A stretch of 64,000 nt of DNA from Azolla caroliniana (Eukaryota; Plantae; Polypodiophyta). Within the stretch, counting starts at the first letter, position 1, and each line of letters opens with the position of its first letter. The stretch is from NCBI GenBank assembly GCA_043228905.1, contig JBHGNT010000001.1, positions 7,874,001 through 7,938,000 on the forward strand, given 5' to 3'. A program made the translations under genes and the position numbers. Under the pieces are notes generated by a model. It was given only the letters and a program-made list of their open reading frames with translations, made no database searches and had not been told where the DNA came from. Shown here in pieces: positions 1-11,823 of this stretch.

Positions 1-20
1 AGATAGAAGCCATCTCCGCG

Positions 21-2096
21 ATGAAGCCTGATTGCAGCTCGGTCACGGAAGTACGAAGATTCTTGGGAGCATGCGCCTTCTACCACATATGGATCCCGCA
101 TTACGCGCACGTCGCGGAGCCGCTGTACGGATTATTGAAGAAAGGGCGAAGATTCGAATGGCTAGACAAGCACACGGAGTCGGTCCGGAAGCTGAAGGAG
201 GCTCTTTCGGCAGCACCGGCGCTCCGAAAGGCCGTCTACAGGAAGGGCACCCCAGTGTACATAACGGTTGACACGAGTCCGACCGGAATCGGGTGGGTCG
301 TCAACCAAGAGGACGAGGACGGCAATCGCTTTCCGATCCGATTCGGCGCGAAGGTCCTCAGCGAACGGCAGCGAGGATACGCCCAGGTTAAACGCGAACT
401 CTGGGGTATCGTTTCGGCGGTGAAGGCCGACAAGGACTATCTGATCGGGACAGAGGTAATCATAGAGACGGATTGCATGCCGATTCTTGGCATGGTTTCC
501 GGATGCGTGACGCCGGACCTGGCAATGCTCAGGTGGATAGCGTACATCAAGTCCCTGGACCCGGAAATACGACACATTTCCGGTAAAGACAACGCCATGG
601 CCGACATGCTTTCAAGGGCGAGATTCGATGACGAGGGCGGCATGGTTTCGGAGGACGAAGAGGTCGGCGTGGACTTCTTCGAGGCTGCGTATGTAACAAC
701 CGACGGAACAAGCACTCCGGCGCTTAACGACTTCGACGCGAGCAAGTACGACGGGGAGTGGCTGCAGATCGGTGGGTTTTTGAAGACAATGACGCCCGAT
801 GCGTCCTGGACGAAGGACGAGGCCAACCGGATCCGGAAGAAAGCGTACCGGTTCTTTCTCCGGGATGGCTATCTATGGAAACACCCGAAGAAGAGGGACG
901 GCGCTCCGCTCCGGGTGGTGGCGATGAGGGAAGAGCAGGAGGAGCTGCTGACGGCCTACCACGACAGCCCTTGGGCTGGACACCGTGGGACATGGGCTAC
1001 GTTTGAGAAACTAAAGGGGAAGTATTGGTTGCCGGGGCAGTACCAGGACGTGCATCGGTTCGTGACAACTTGCGAGAGCTGTCAGGTGCACTCCATTGTC
1101 CGACATCGGGACGAGCTCCACCCCACGTACCCTCCGACCATCCACTTCAAATGGATGGTAGACCTGGTGACGATGCCGATGGGGGTAGGACAGATGCGGT
1201 ACCTGGTCCTAGCGCGGGAGGATCTGACGAACCAGGTGGAAGGCCGGGCCCTTCCGAACAAAACGACCGCGGCCGTATGCCGGTTCCTAATCGAGGACGT
1301 GATATGCCGGTACGGGTGCGTCGGGAAGATCGTGGCTGACCGAGGGGAGTTGGACGCCGAAGAAGCCGCGGAGCTGTTCGACCGGCTGGGAGTCAAGCTC
1401 TCGCTCACCACTGCGTACAATCCGGAGGCGAATGGAAAGGTGGAGCGCGGACACGGACCGATCGTCAAGGCGTTGGTTCGGGCATGCGGAGGCCGAGTCG
1501 GTAACTGGCCGCGGCTGCTACCTTATGCTTTGTGGGCAGACCGGACCACGCACAGTTCGGTAACCGGGTACATGCCGACGGAGCTCATGTTCGGCCAGAA
1601 GCCGATCATGCCGACGGAACGGACGATCTCCTCGTGGGCAACGGTCGACTGGAGGGACGAGATGAGCCGGGAGGAGTTGTTGGCCGCACGTATACGACAG
1701 CTCGAGCGGAGACCGGAGGACGTGGCACTGGCTGCGGAGAAGCTCCGGGTGGCGAGGACAAAGAACAAAGCCCGGTTCGACCGAACGCCCCGGCTCCGAC
1801 CGAAGAAAATCGACGAAGGTGACTGGGTGCTCGTCTACGACAGCAGCCTCGACAACCAGCACCGAGCTACACGGAAGTTCGCACGAAGGTGGTTCGGGCC
1901 TTACGTGGTGCGGAGCGCCAATGACAACGGGACATATCACCTGGCGGAACTAGACGGCACGAGAATGGCGATACCGGTTGCAGGGAAGCGGATCAAAGCG
2001 TTCAAGAAGCGACACGACGACGAGCCCGACCCAGCTCTCCTAGTCAGCATTGACGAAAGATCCGAAAACGAGGAAGAACCGAAGGGCGAGAAATGA
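21..2096 (+). CDS. pol: Gypsy Pol C-terminal part: RT thumb, RNase H, integrase (5' end lies outside the window)
   Basis: RRFLGAC; RNase H motifs VDTSPTGIG, KRELWGIV, ETDC, NAMADMLSR; integrase HHCC (H..GH..C..C); D-D-E core (WMVDLV, VADRGE, NGKVER); GPY motif. Confidence 0.92.
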   Translation: MKPDCSSVTEVRRFLGACAFYHIWIPHYAHVAEPLYGLLKKGRRFEWLDKHTESVRKLKEALSAAPALRKAVYRKGTPVYITVDTSPTGIGWVVNQEDEDGNRFPIRFGAKVLSERQRGYAQVKRELWGIVSAVKADKDYLIGTEVIIETDCMPILGMVSGCVTPDLAMLRWIAYIKSLDPEIRHISGKDNAMADMLSRARFDDEGGMVSEDEEVGVDFFEAAYVTTDGTSTPALNDFDASKYDGEWLQIGGFLKTMTPDASWTKDEANRIRKKAYRFFLRDGYLWKHPKKRDGAPLRVVAMREEQEELLTAYHDSPWAGHRGTWATFEKLKGKYWLPGQYQDVHRFVTTCESCQVHSIVRHRDELHPTYPPTIHFKWMVDLVTMPMGVGQMRYLVLAREDLTNQVEGRALPNKTTAAVCRFLIEDVICRYGCVGKIVADRGELDAEEAAELFDRLGVKLSLTTAYNPEANGKVERGHGPIVKALVRACGGRVGNWPRLLPYALWADRTTHSSVTGYMPTELMFGQKPIMPTERTISSWATVDWRDEMSREELLAARIRQLERRPEDVALAAEKLRVARTKNKARFDRTPRLRPKKIDEGDWVLVYDSSLDNQHRATRKFARRWFGPYVVRSANDNGTYHLAELDGTRMAIPVAGKRIKAFKKRHDDEPDPALLVSIDERSENEEEPKGEK

Positions 2097-2167
2097 AGAC
2101 GGGCCGGTTTTCTCCGTCCCAACTCTCTTGGTGCATACCGGAGGATGCACGGTTAGGTGGGGGCGGA

Positions 2168-2958
2168 TGTCGTGAAGAAAACCGTCCATAGGCGGAATCG
2201 GCGCACCAAGGCGTGGGAACCGGTTCTTCACGCGCGCACGCTCCGAGTTGTACATAGAAGCGAATTAGGAGGATAATCGGCGGGAACGGGCCCTAACACG
2301 AGTGGAGACAAAGACCGCGCGAACAGTCTTTTCGGTCGCGCGCGCGAGCGAAGGAACGGTACGAGTCGGCGGCGTAACTACGCGGATGCGTGAAGGACGA
2401 AGCGAATCCCTGTCCAAAAGGGACAGGGAATAAAGCTGACGTGACGGCCTGCTCGTCGGCCTATATAAGGAGCAGGAAAGAGCTATTGCAGGGCATCTCG
2501 CGTGGAGAGGACGAAGTGGTGTCGGACCGTTTCTGGACGCTTCGCCCTCTGTTTCCTTCCTTCTGGAGCTCCATAGCTTTTCTGTGCGGGGTTCCGAGGA
2601 GGCTTGCGCTGTTTCGAGGAACGCCCGAGTGCTTCCGGCAGCACCTCCGACCGGCAACCCCTTTGTGCGTTGAAGCGAACAGGCATCGGCATCTGTTCGC
2701 CGGCCTGTTCGGTTGTAATCAACCTGTGCCCCATCGAGGGTTGTAGTCGTGTTAGCCATTCTTGATATATATATTTAGTCATTCGCATCTGTCTGTGTCG
2801 GTGTTCGTTCGCGTTCTCCGTGCTGAAGGGCCGTGTCCCTGTGTATCCCCGGTCCTGCGTAGCCGGTTCTCTCTCTTTCTCCTCCCTCGCTTGCTCTTTG
2901 GTTCGAGACCCCCGCGGTCCCGCCTCGTTTCCACACGCACTTGCGTAATAACACGACA
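2168..2958 (+). repeat. 3' LTR (791 bp) of fungal-like gypsy
   Basis: 7-bp terminal inverted repeat TGTCGTG/CACGACA; TATATAA near 2462; homologous to the LTRs at 9695-10342 and others. Confidence 0.9.
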
Positions 2959-3044
2959 ACGATATCGGGTGAGCCAACCGGCTGCACTCCAACAAAGTTC
3001 GTAGTCAACTCCGAACCGAGCTTCGTCAACCAAAACCGAACTTG

Positions 3045-6000
3045 ATGGCATCAACATCCGGCTCATCAGAAATGAGTCTACGAAAGTTCGATGGATCGAA
3101 CTTCAACTTCTGGAAGGAACAAATGCAGGACTATCTCATAGTCAAGGGGCAAATCGATCCCATCGAAAATGAAGAACCTCCAGAAGGATACAAACCAATT
3201 GAGTGGCAGAAGCTGGACAGAATTGTCCGCGCCACGATTCGGATGCACCTATCGGAATCGGTATACTTTACGGTGCAATCGTGTACGACAGCATTCGAAC
3301 TGTGGAAAACACTGTCGGACACTTACGAAAAGAAGGTCGCCGCAACGAAGATGTTTCTGATCCGGCGCCTCTACAACTTGCGGATGAAAGAATCCGATTC
3401 GGTTCAAGCACATCTCAATGAGTACGAAAGCATAAGCTCCCAAATCTCGTCACAGGGGACGACAATCGAGGATGAACTCAGAGCAATGATACTCATGAGC
3501 AGCCTTCCCTCATCATGGGAAACTTTCGTCACAACCGTGTGCAACGCGTCAACCACGGCTGTTAAATACTCCGAAGTCACGAGCGCAATCCTGACCGAAG
3601 CAGCTCGGAGAAAGTCTTTCGCCAAAGACTCAACAGACGACGCTTACGTAGTACAAGGTTCGACAGAACGATCGAACATACGAGGAAGAGATTCCTCACG
3701 GCCGCCGAACAATCAGCGAAGACGGAGCCAGTCACGGGATAACCGAATCTGCAACTATTGCAAGAAACCCGGACACATCAAAGCCGACTGCCGCGCACTC
3801 AAGAACAAGAACAACAAGAAGAGTGGCCGGCATGAGGAGATCAATTACGTCAGCTTCTCAGCTGATGTACTACCGGACGACCCGAATATACTATCAATCG
3901 AAAATCCAGTCGGATCAGAAGTTCTACTCACGACTGAAGAATCGAGCACATGGCTCTTAGATTCGGGCGCGTCATTTCACGTGACTCCTCATCGATCCCA
4001 ATTTCGGCAATATACGATCCGCCACTCCGACTCAGTTCGGGTCGGCAACTCACAACACTGTGACATCATCGGAATCGGCACAGTAGAGCTCAACCTTGCA
4101 GGTGGCTCTACACTTGTACTCCACAATGTCCGACATGTACCCGAGCTCTCAAGGCCATTGATCTCAGTCGGACAACTAGATGAAGACGGCATTCGTGCCG
4201 GTTTTTCTTCGGGAGGGTGGACACTCCACAGGGGGAACCTCCTGCTTGCTAGAGGACCCAAGATCCACTCACTGTATCCGTTACATGTTACGCTCAGAGA
4301 GGGTAACCTGTTTTTGGTGGATATTCCTGTGTCATCACTATGGCACAGAAGATTAGGACACCTCAGCAAGGCCGGCATCACGCACCTATCTAGAGCCGGA
4401 TACATCCCCAAACTCTCCTTCTCGGACCATCAATTCTGCGAGCATTGCCAGTATGGCAAACAAGCAGCCGCATCACACCCGACATCAGCACCAAGAGAAA
4501 CGAGACCTCTCGACTTGGTCCACTCGGACGTCTGTGGCCCAATGCCGCATCAGTCTCTCGGCGGTGCCTCTTACTTCGTCACTTTTATTGACGATTCGAC
4601 TCGAAAGATGTGGGCTTATCCAATTCGCACCAAAGATCGGGTCTTCTCGATCTTCACCGATTGGCTCGCTATGGTAGAAAATCAAACCGACCGAAAGCTG
4701 AAATGCTTTCGGACAGACAATGGGGGAGAGTTCAAATCCGAAGAATTCGTCAAATTCTGCCGACAACGCGGCATCCGACGTGAATTTACGGCACCACACA
4801 GTCCGGAGCAAAACGGGATTGCCGAACGCATGAATCGGACAATCCAAGAACGGATAGTTTCCATGCTCCAACACTCCGGACTATCGGATGGCTTCTGGGC
4901 AGAGGCTCTACTCACGGCAGTACACATAATCAATATGTCGCCAAGTAGACCTCTAGGACTTCAAATTCCTCAGGAACTATGGATCGGCAGTAAGCCGAAT
5001 TACGACAAGCTGAGGATCTTCGGATGCGAGGCGTACGCCCTTATTCCGAAAGATGATCGCCGAAAACTTGCACCTCGGTCCAGGAAATGCATTTTCCTTG
5101 GATATGGATCCGACGGCGAAATGGGATACCGACTCTGGGACCCCGAACGCAGACAAATCGTTCGAAGTTCGGACGTTGTGTTCAACGAGTCGGCTATGAA
5201 TCCATCAGTCGAAAAACCGATCGAAGTCCGAAGGGTAACATTTTCCGATGTGCCGACCCTTCAAGAAGGCCCCGCTCTCAACACACGGTCAGCTTCACGG
5301 GTAGCTGAACCTTACACTACCGACTCGGACAACTCCGACTCGGCACAGCCGAATGATTCGCTTTCGGACCATCCGACCACGATACCCGATGCGACCAGTC
5401 CAATCATGCCTCGACGATCCGAGAGACTGTCGCAACCTCCGGAGAGGTATTCTCCTGGAATTTTCTTCACCGACGCCGGCGAACCGACGTCTTACGAAGA
5501 AGCATCGACATCTGTCGATTCAGCCACCTGGCATCTGGCGATGGAGTCGGAAATGCACTCCATTCGGGCAAACAAGACTTGGGATCTGGTTGAATTACCT
5601 AGGAACCGACGTGCTCTTCCTTGCAAGTGGGTTTATCGACTAAAAGAGACGTCTGATTCGACCACCCCAAAGTACAAGGCCAGACTAGTTGCGAAGGGCT
5701 TCCGACAAGAATACGGCGTCGACTTCGACGAGATTTTTTCACCAGTGGTGAAAATGACAACCCTTCGTTTCCTACTCGGCATAGTGGCAGCCGACAACTT
5801 GGAGCTGATTCAGCTAGATGTGAAAACAACATTCCTCCATGGTGATCTTGACGAGGAAATTTATATGGAGCAGCCAAAAGGCTTCGTGGCAACCGGCCAA
5901 GAACATCTAGTCTGCCGACTCAGGAAGAGTCTATACGGCCTCAAACAGGCACCGCGACAATGGTACAAGAAGTTCGACGACTTCATCCAATCGATCGGCT

Positions 6001-7058
6001 TCTCAAAAAGCGATGAGGACCATTGTCTCTTCACCAACACAGCTCAAGATGGATCACCCATCTTCCTCATCATTTACGTGGACGACATGCTAATTTCTGG
6101 ACGCCACGCGGGCGAACTTGCCGATCTCATTCGGCAACTGCGGTTGAAGTTTGCCATGAAGGACCTCGGTCCGGCACGACACATCCTTGGCATGAAGCTT
6201 AGTCGGCATCGCGATAAACGACATCTTTTTTTGTCTCAGACCGACTATACCCGACGTGTCTTAGAACGCTTCAACATGCAATCAGCCAAATCTGCTTCAA
6301 CCCCACTCCCCATGAATCTTCGGCTCTCTCAGCGAGACTGCCCGACATCCGGTCCGGAGGGGGAAGATATGAAGTCGGTACCGTATGCACCGGCAGTCGG
6401 CTCCCTTATGTACCTGATGGTCGCGACACGGCCTGATATTTCTCACGCCGTAGGAGTCGTTAGCAGATTCATGCACAATCCTGGCCGATCGCATTGGAAC
6501 GCAGTCAAGCATGTGTTCAGATATCTGGCTGGCACAAAAGACCATGGCATTCTTTTCGGACCGAACCGAACCTCAGGCGTAGTCGGTTACACCGACTCGG
6601 ACTTCGCCGGCTGTATAGACAGTCGGAAATCAACAACCGGATACTGCTTCAAATTCGGCAATGGAGCAATCTCGTGGAAGTCGAAACTTCAGGAGTGCAC
6701 AGCGACCTCAACGACCGAAGCAGAATATGTAGCTGCGTCCGACGCAGCAAAAGAAGCTTTGTGGCTCGGTCGGCTGGCGCACACGTTTCGACAAGTCGAC
6801 CATGACTCGGCTCCAGTTGTTTACAGCGACAGTCAAGGTGCTGTTGCCTTGTCGAAAAATCCGGTTCACCACAACGCCTCCAAACATATCGACGTTCGAT
6901 ATCACTTCGTTCGGGACTGCGTCACTTCAGGGAAAATCGGTCTAGAGAAAATATCCACAACCGACAATGTCGCAGATGGAATGACCAAGTGTCTTTCGGC
7001 AGACCGTTTTCGGTCTCTTCGGCATCAGATGGGCGTAACGACAAACCAGTCCGGTTAG
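3045..7058 (+). CDS. Copia Gag-Pol polyprotein (Gag-CCHC-PR-INT-RT-RH), uninterrupted
   Basis: KFDGSNFNFWK; CNYCKKPGHIKADC; WLLDSGAS; WHRRLGH..CEHC; DLVHSD/TDNGGE/NGIAER; YKARLVAKG; SLYGLKQAPRQW; YVDD; KHIDVRYHF; NVADGMTK. Confidence 0.96.
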   Translation: MASTSGSSEMSLRKFDGSNFNFWKEQMQDYLIVKGQIDPIENEEPPEGYKPIEWQKLDRIVRATIRMHLSESVYFTVQSCTTAFELWKTLSDTYEKKVAATKMFLIRRLYNLRMKESDSVQAHLNEYESISSQISSQGTTIEDELRAMILMSSLPSSWETFVTTVCNASTTAVKYSEVTSAILTEAARRKSFAKDSTDDAYVVQGSTERSNIRGRDSSRPPNNQRRRSQSRDNRICNYCKKPGHIKADCRALKNKNNKKSGRHEEINYVSFSADVLPDDPNILSIENPVGSEVLLTTEESSTWLLDSGASFHVTPHRSQFRQYTIRHSDSVRVGNSQHCDIIGIGTVELNLAGGSTLVLHNVRHVPELSRPLISVGQLDEDGIRAGFSSGGWTLHRGNLLLARGPKIHSLYPLHVTLREGNLFLVDIPVSSLWHRRLGHLSKAGITHLSRAGYIPKLSFSDHQFCEHCQYGKQAAASHPTSAPRETRPLDLVHSDVCGPMPHQSLGGASYFVTFIDDSTRKMWAYPIRTKDRVFSIFTDWLAMVENQTDRKLKCFRTDNGGEFKSEEFVKFCRQRGIRREFTAPHSPEQNGIAERMNRTIQERIVSMLQHSGLSDGFWAEALLTAVHIINMSPSRPLGLQIPQELWIGSKPNYDKLRIFGCEAYALIPKDDRRKLAPRSRKCIFLGYGSDGEMGYRLWDPERRQIVRSSDVVFNESAMNPSVEKPIEVRRVTFSDVPTLQEGPALNTRSASRVAEPYTTDSDNSDSAQPNDSLSDHPTTIPDATSPIMPRRSERLSQPPERYSPGIFFTDAGEPTSYEEASTSVDSATWHLAMESEMHSIRANKTWDLVELPRNRRALPCKWVYRLKETSDSTTPKYKARLVAKGFRQEYGVDFDEIFSPVVKMTTLRFLLGIVAADNLELIQLDVKTTFLHGDLDEEIYMEQPKGFVATGQEHLVCRLRKSLYGLKQAPRQWYKKFDDFIQSIGFSKSDEDHCLFTNTAQDGSPIFLIIYVDDMLISGRHAGELADLIRQLRLKFAMKDLGPARHILGMKLSRHRDKRHLFLSQTDYTRRVLERFNMQSAKSASTPLPMNLRLSQRDCPTSGPEGEDMKSVPYAPAVGSLMYLMVATRPDISHAVGVVSRFMHNPGRSHWNAVKHVFRYLAGTKDHGILFGPNRTSGVVGYTDSDFAGCIDSRKSTTGYCFKFGNGAISWKSKLQECTATSTTEAEYVAASDAAKEALWLGRLAHTFRQVDHDSAPVVYSDSQGAVALSKNPVHHNASKHIDVRYHFVRDCVTSGKIGLEKISTTDNVADGMTKCLSADRFRSLRHQMGVTTNQSG

Positions 7059-7251
7059 AGCCGGACACAGAGCAGGATCGTTCCCGACAACCGACATCAG
7101 TTCCTTAATGATCGACTTCAACTGTTCCGACCCGACCAGTTCGGTCTTCTGCCTTCGGACCCTGCCGACTCGAACAAAGCTGATATGTCCGAGAACCTAA
7201 GTCTATACCTGTAATCTTAGATAACCCATGTATACGCCCATTACGGGGGAG

Positions 7252-7465
7252 TGTCGAATACATGTGTATAATGGACGTATTCACACTATCCCGTTTTGGC
7301 CATTTATGTAATTAGCATAAAGGGTAGTTGCCCTAAGTCGGTCACTATATATAGTGACCTTGTAACCTTTTTGTAAGGTTGGATGTTGTATTGTTGCTTT
7401 ATGAAATAAGAAGTTCTTTTGTGCCTCTTTGTCTCTCTCTCTCTCTCTCTCTCTATCCAACGACA
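7252..7465 (+). repeat. Copia 3' LTR (214 bp) containing a (CT)n tract
   Basis: Follows PPT; TGTCG/CGACA termini; homologous to the LTR starting at 35568. Confidence 0.85.
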
Positions 7466-7545
7466 TACAAACTGTCATACGCAGGTATTCTGGACAGCAA
7501 TCGAATGCTACTTGATCTTCCGCACAGACGACTTTGTCTCCAACA
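7466..7545 (+). repeat. Probable 3' terminus of another LTR, an intermediate nesting layer
   Basis: 80-bp non-coding segment ending ...CCAACA, abutting integrase-coding sequence. Confidence 0.4.
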
Positions 7546-8729
7546 GAGTGGTGGTAAAGAAAGAAGAGCAAGAGACGCTGATGACCGAATTCCACGAGAG
7601 TGCTTGGGCAGGTCATAGAGGAACATGGGCGACGTTCGAAAAGTTGAAGGAGAAGTACTGGTGGCCAAGCATGTACAAAGATGTACTCCATTTCGTGTCC
7701 ACATGCGAAACTTGCCAAGTATATTCAAATATACGTCATCGTGATGAGTTAAAGCCGACATACCCACTCACCATACACTTCAAATGGATGGTGGATCTGG
7801 TCTCGATGCCAATGGGAGTGGGACAAATGAAGTACCTAGCGCTGGCAAGGGAAGACTTGACAAATCAAGTGGAAGGATGAGCCTTGACAAACAAGACGAC
7901 TTCAGCCGTTTGCAAATTTCTACTTGAAGATGTTGTTTGCCGATATGGATGTGTAGGGAAGATAGTGGCCGACTGAGGGGAGTTGGACGCGCACGAAGCG
8001 ACGGAGCTCTTTGAAAGACTAGGCGTGAAGCTCTCCCTCACGACTGCCGACAATCCGGAAGCAAATGGGAAGATCGAGCGAGGGCATGGACCTATCGTTA
8101 AAGCCATCGTATGGGCATGCAACGGTCGAGTCGGGAATTGGCCACGACTATTACCCTATGCCTTGTGGGCTGATAGAACGACACATAGCTCGGTGACAGG
8201 GTATATGCCGACGGAGCTTATGTATGGACAAAAGCCGATTATGCCCATCGAAAGGACGATCGCCTCATGGGTAGCGATACCGTGGGAGAACGAGATGAGC
8301 CGAGAAGAGTTATTAGCGGCGCGGATAAGGAAACTTGAAAGAAGACCTGAAGATTTAGAAAAAGGGCGAAAGATGATGAAGGCAGCCCGAGTAAAGAACA
8401 AAGTTCGGTTCGACAACACGCATCGACTTCGTCCCAAGAAGATTGAAGAAGGGGATTGGGTTTTGGTTTACGACAGCACCCTTGACAATCAACACAGTAC
8501 AACAAGGAAGTTCGCAAGAAGATGGTTCGGGCCATATGTGGTGACAAGTGCCAACGATAATGCCACATACCACCTTGCGGAACTAGACGGATCAAGGTTG
8601 GCCGTACCCATTGCGGGAAAAAGAGTAAAGATTTTCAAGAAAAGACAAGACAAGGATCCTGACCTCGATTACCTCGACGATGAACATAATAGGCCGGATG
8701 AAAATGAAGACATGGAGGAATCTAATTGA
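7546..8729 (+). pseudogene. Integrase remnant of a second fungal-like gypsy subfamily
   Basis: Homologous to the 21..2096 integrase; in-frame TGA stops at ~7878 and ~7974. Confidence 0.9.
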
Positions 8730-8801
8730 TCATCGTAGCCGAAATCTCACTTCTTCTCTTCTTGGCACGTACCGGAGGACGTGCGGTTTGGTGGGGGTGG
8801 A

Positions 8802-9076
8802 TGTCGTGAAGATTTTGGGCAATAGTGTGAAAATCCCATAAAACGTACGAAATCGAGTATGAATCACATAGTACAATAATTGTGAAGATAACATTTTAAA
8901 TAGATTTAATATCTAGTTCAATCAATCTCTCTCAATCGTGTAATCTCAACTTCTCTCTTTCCCAATCTATCTTAAGTACTTTCTCGCCAAAGCTTGTATC
9001 GACTCTAAATCCTTCTGGTCCAGAACCCCGGCGGTTCCGCCTCACGATCAGCGCGTAGTGACGGATCTTGACGACA
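8802..9076 (+). repeat. 3' LTR (275 bp, internally deleted) of fungal-like gypsy
   Basis: G-rich PPT-like tract upstream; TGTCGT...ACGACA termini; both ends match the 981-bp solo LTR at 60625-61605. Confidence 0.88.
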
Positions 9077-9694
9077 GCGTGAAGGCATCAATGCTCGAAA
9101 CACTGAACCTCGGTTCGGACGAGACCCCTCAGACCCTACAGATTGCTAATAACTTACCAGCCGGCGAACGAGCAACCCTCATCCACTTACTCACCGATTA
9201 CCAGGATGTATTCGCATGGTCTTACACGGATATGAAGGGTTTGGACTCACAATACTACCAACACCAGATCCACCTTCTCCCGGACGCTCGGCCGGTTCAA
9301 CAAAGACGATACCGGATGAACCCCAATTATGCGGCTAAGGTCAAGGAAGAAATAGACAAGCTCCTCTGAGTCGGGTTCATACGACTGGTAAAACGCACCA
9401 CATGGTTAAGCCCAATCATAGTCGTCCCCAAGAAAAACGGGAAAATCTGAGTCTGTGTGGACTACCGCAAGCTTAATGTTGCAACGATCACGGATGGATT
9501 CCCTCTCTCGTTCACGGATAGTGTTCTCAACACGGTGGCAGGTCACGAATGCTACAGCTTTGTAGACGGGTTTAGTAGGTACAACCAAATCAGAATGCAC
9601 CTGGATGATCAAGAGAAAACAACATTTGTCACGGAATGGGGTGTTTTCGTGGCAGAAGTCATGATGTTCAGTTTAAAAACAACGTCGGCCACGT
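9077..9694 (+). pseudogene. Non-chromovirus (Athila/Phygy-like) gypsy pol, RT N-terminal part; host of the 9695-23445 insertion
   Basis: DVFAWSY; PVQQRRYRMNP; DYRKLN; FVDGFSRYNQI; internal stops; reading continues at 23446 (SAT|FQRII). Confidence 0.9.
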
Positions 9695-10342
9695 TGTCGA
9701 GGTATTCCTCGCGGATGCGTGAAATGAGGCGGGACCTCGGGGGTCTTGCACCGAAAAGCAAGAGAGAAAGGAGAAGGGAAGAGACCCACTACGTGCGAGC
9801 GTAGATTCTCAGGGACACGGCCCTCGACACAAAGACGCGAGTGGGACACCGACGCAGAGAGACACGAATGTATGTATATATATATTAGCAAGGACAAACA
9901 ACAAGAAGCACGATGTCGGTTACAACCGAACAGGCCGGCGAACAGATGCCGATGCCTGTTCGTAAACGCTCAGAAAGAAAGGAGTAGGTTGGAGGTGCTG
10001 CCAGAAGCACTCGGGCATTCCTCAGAGCAACGCGAGCCTCCCGAAAACCTGCACAGGAAGAAGCTACGAAGTATGGCAGAGAGAGAAGCCTTCGGCCGAC
10101 AACCCGACAACACTTCGTCCTCTCTAACCGCGATCCCCCATTTTCCTCCTCCCCGTCTCCCTCCTTTTATAGGCAAGAAAGGAGCCGTTTCCCATTAACT
10201 TCCTACCTACCGAATCTACCTAACTAGGATCTTCTATGTACCTAATTCTCTCTTATGTACAACATAAGGCATACGTGCATGAAGAGCCGGTTCCTACGCT
10301 TCGGTGCACCGATTCCGCTTGTGGACGGTTTTCTTCACGACA
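9695..10342 (-). repeat. 3' LTR of element A
   Basis: TGTCG...CGACA termini; near-identical to 22798-23445; PPT adjacent at 10343-10355. Confidence 0.95.
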
Positions 10343-11823
10343 TCCGCCCACACCTAACCGCACATCCACCGGCATGCGCCAAGTTGAGTTGGGATGGAGA
10401 AAACCGGTCCAGCCTTCATTCCCCGCCCGTCGGTTCTTCCTCGGTTTCTGATCGTTCGTCATCGCGGTCCAGGTTGATTGGATCCGGCTAGTCGTCGTGA
10501 CGCTTCTTGAACGCTTTGATCCGCTTCCCAGCTACCGGTATCACCATTCTCATGCCGTCGAGTTCCGCTAGATGGTACGTCCCATTGTCGTTGACGCTTT
10601 GTACCACGTAAGGCCCGAACCACCTTCTTGTGAACTTCTGTGTCGCTCGGTGCTGGTTGTCGAGGCTGCTGTCGTAGACTAGCACCCAATCGCCTTCCTC
10701 AATCTTCTTTGGTCGGAGCCGGTGCGTCCGGTCGAACCGGGCTTTGTTCCTCGTCCTTGCCACCCGAAGCTTTTCTGCAGCTTGCTCCACGTCCTCTGGT
10801 CTTCGCTCGAGCTGTCGTATGCGCGCCGCCAACAGTTCCTCCCGGCTCATCTCGTCTTTCCAGTCCACGGTTGCCCATTAGGAGATCGTGCGTTCCATCG
10901 GCATGATCGGCTTCTGCCCGAACATGAGCTCTGCCGGCATGAATCCGGTTACTGAACTGTGCGTAGTTCGGTCAGCCCACAACGCGTAAGGCAGCAGCCG
11001 CGGCCAGTTCCCGACTTGCCCTCCGCATGCCCGAACTAACGCCTTGACGATCGGTCCGTGTCCGCGCTCCACCTTCCCATTCGCCTCCGGATTGTACACT
11101 GTCGAGGTATTCCTCGCGGATGCGTGGAATGAGGCGGGACCTCGGGGGTCTTGTACCGAAGAGCAACAACGAAAGGAGAAAGGGAAGGGACCCACTACGT
11201 GCAAGCGTAGATCCACAGGGACACGACCCTTCGACACGAAGACGCGAGCGGGGAAACCAACACAGAGAGGCACAAAGGTATGTAAATATATATTGACAGA
11301 GACAAACAACAAGAAGCACGAAGTCGGTTACAACCGAACAGGCCGGCGAACAGATGCCGATGCCTGTTTGCAAACGCTCAGAAGGAAAGGAGTAGGTTGG
11401 AGGTGCTGCCGGAAGCACTCGGGCATTCCTCAGAGCAGCGCGAGCCTCCCGAAAACCTGCACAAAAAGAAGCTACGGAGAGTATGGAAGAGAGAGAAGCC
11501 TTCGACCGACAACCCGACAACACTTCGTCCCCTCTAACCGCGATCCCTTTCCTCTTCCCTGTCTCCCTCCTTTTATAGCCAAGAAAGGAGCCGTTTCCCA
11601 TTAACTTCCTACCTACCGAATCTACCTACCTAGGATCTTCTATGTACCTAATTCTCTCTTTGTACAACATAAGACGTACGTGCATGAAGAGCCGGTTCCT
11701 AAGCTCCGGTGCACCGATTCCGCTTGTGGACGGTTTTCTTCACGGCATCCGCCCCCACCTAACCGCGCATCCACCGGCATGCGCCAAATTGAGTTGGGAT
11801 GGAGAAAACCGGTCCAGCCTTCA

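Larger units (their letters stand above)
1..2958 (+). mobile_element. 3' part of fungal-like (Ylt1-type) Ty3/gypsy LTR retrotransposon, inserted in the 5' leader of a copia element
   Basis: Pol ORF ends at 2096, followed by a G-rich PPT-like tract (GGTTAGGTGGGGGCGGA) and a 3' LTR TGTCGTG...CACGACA; right flank begins ACGA. Confidence 0.92.
2963..7465 (+). mobile_element. Ty1/copia element; its 5' LTR/PBS is separated from it by the gypsy insertion
   Basis: Intact gag-pol ORF, PPT GGGGGAG and 3' LTR TGTCG...CGACA (7252-7465). Confidence 0.93.
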
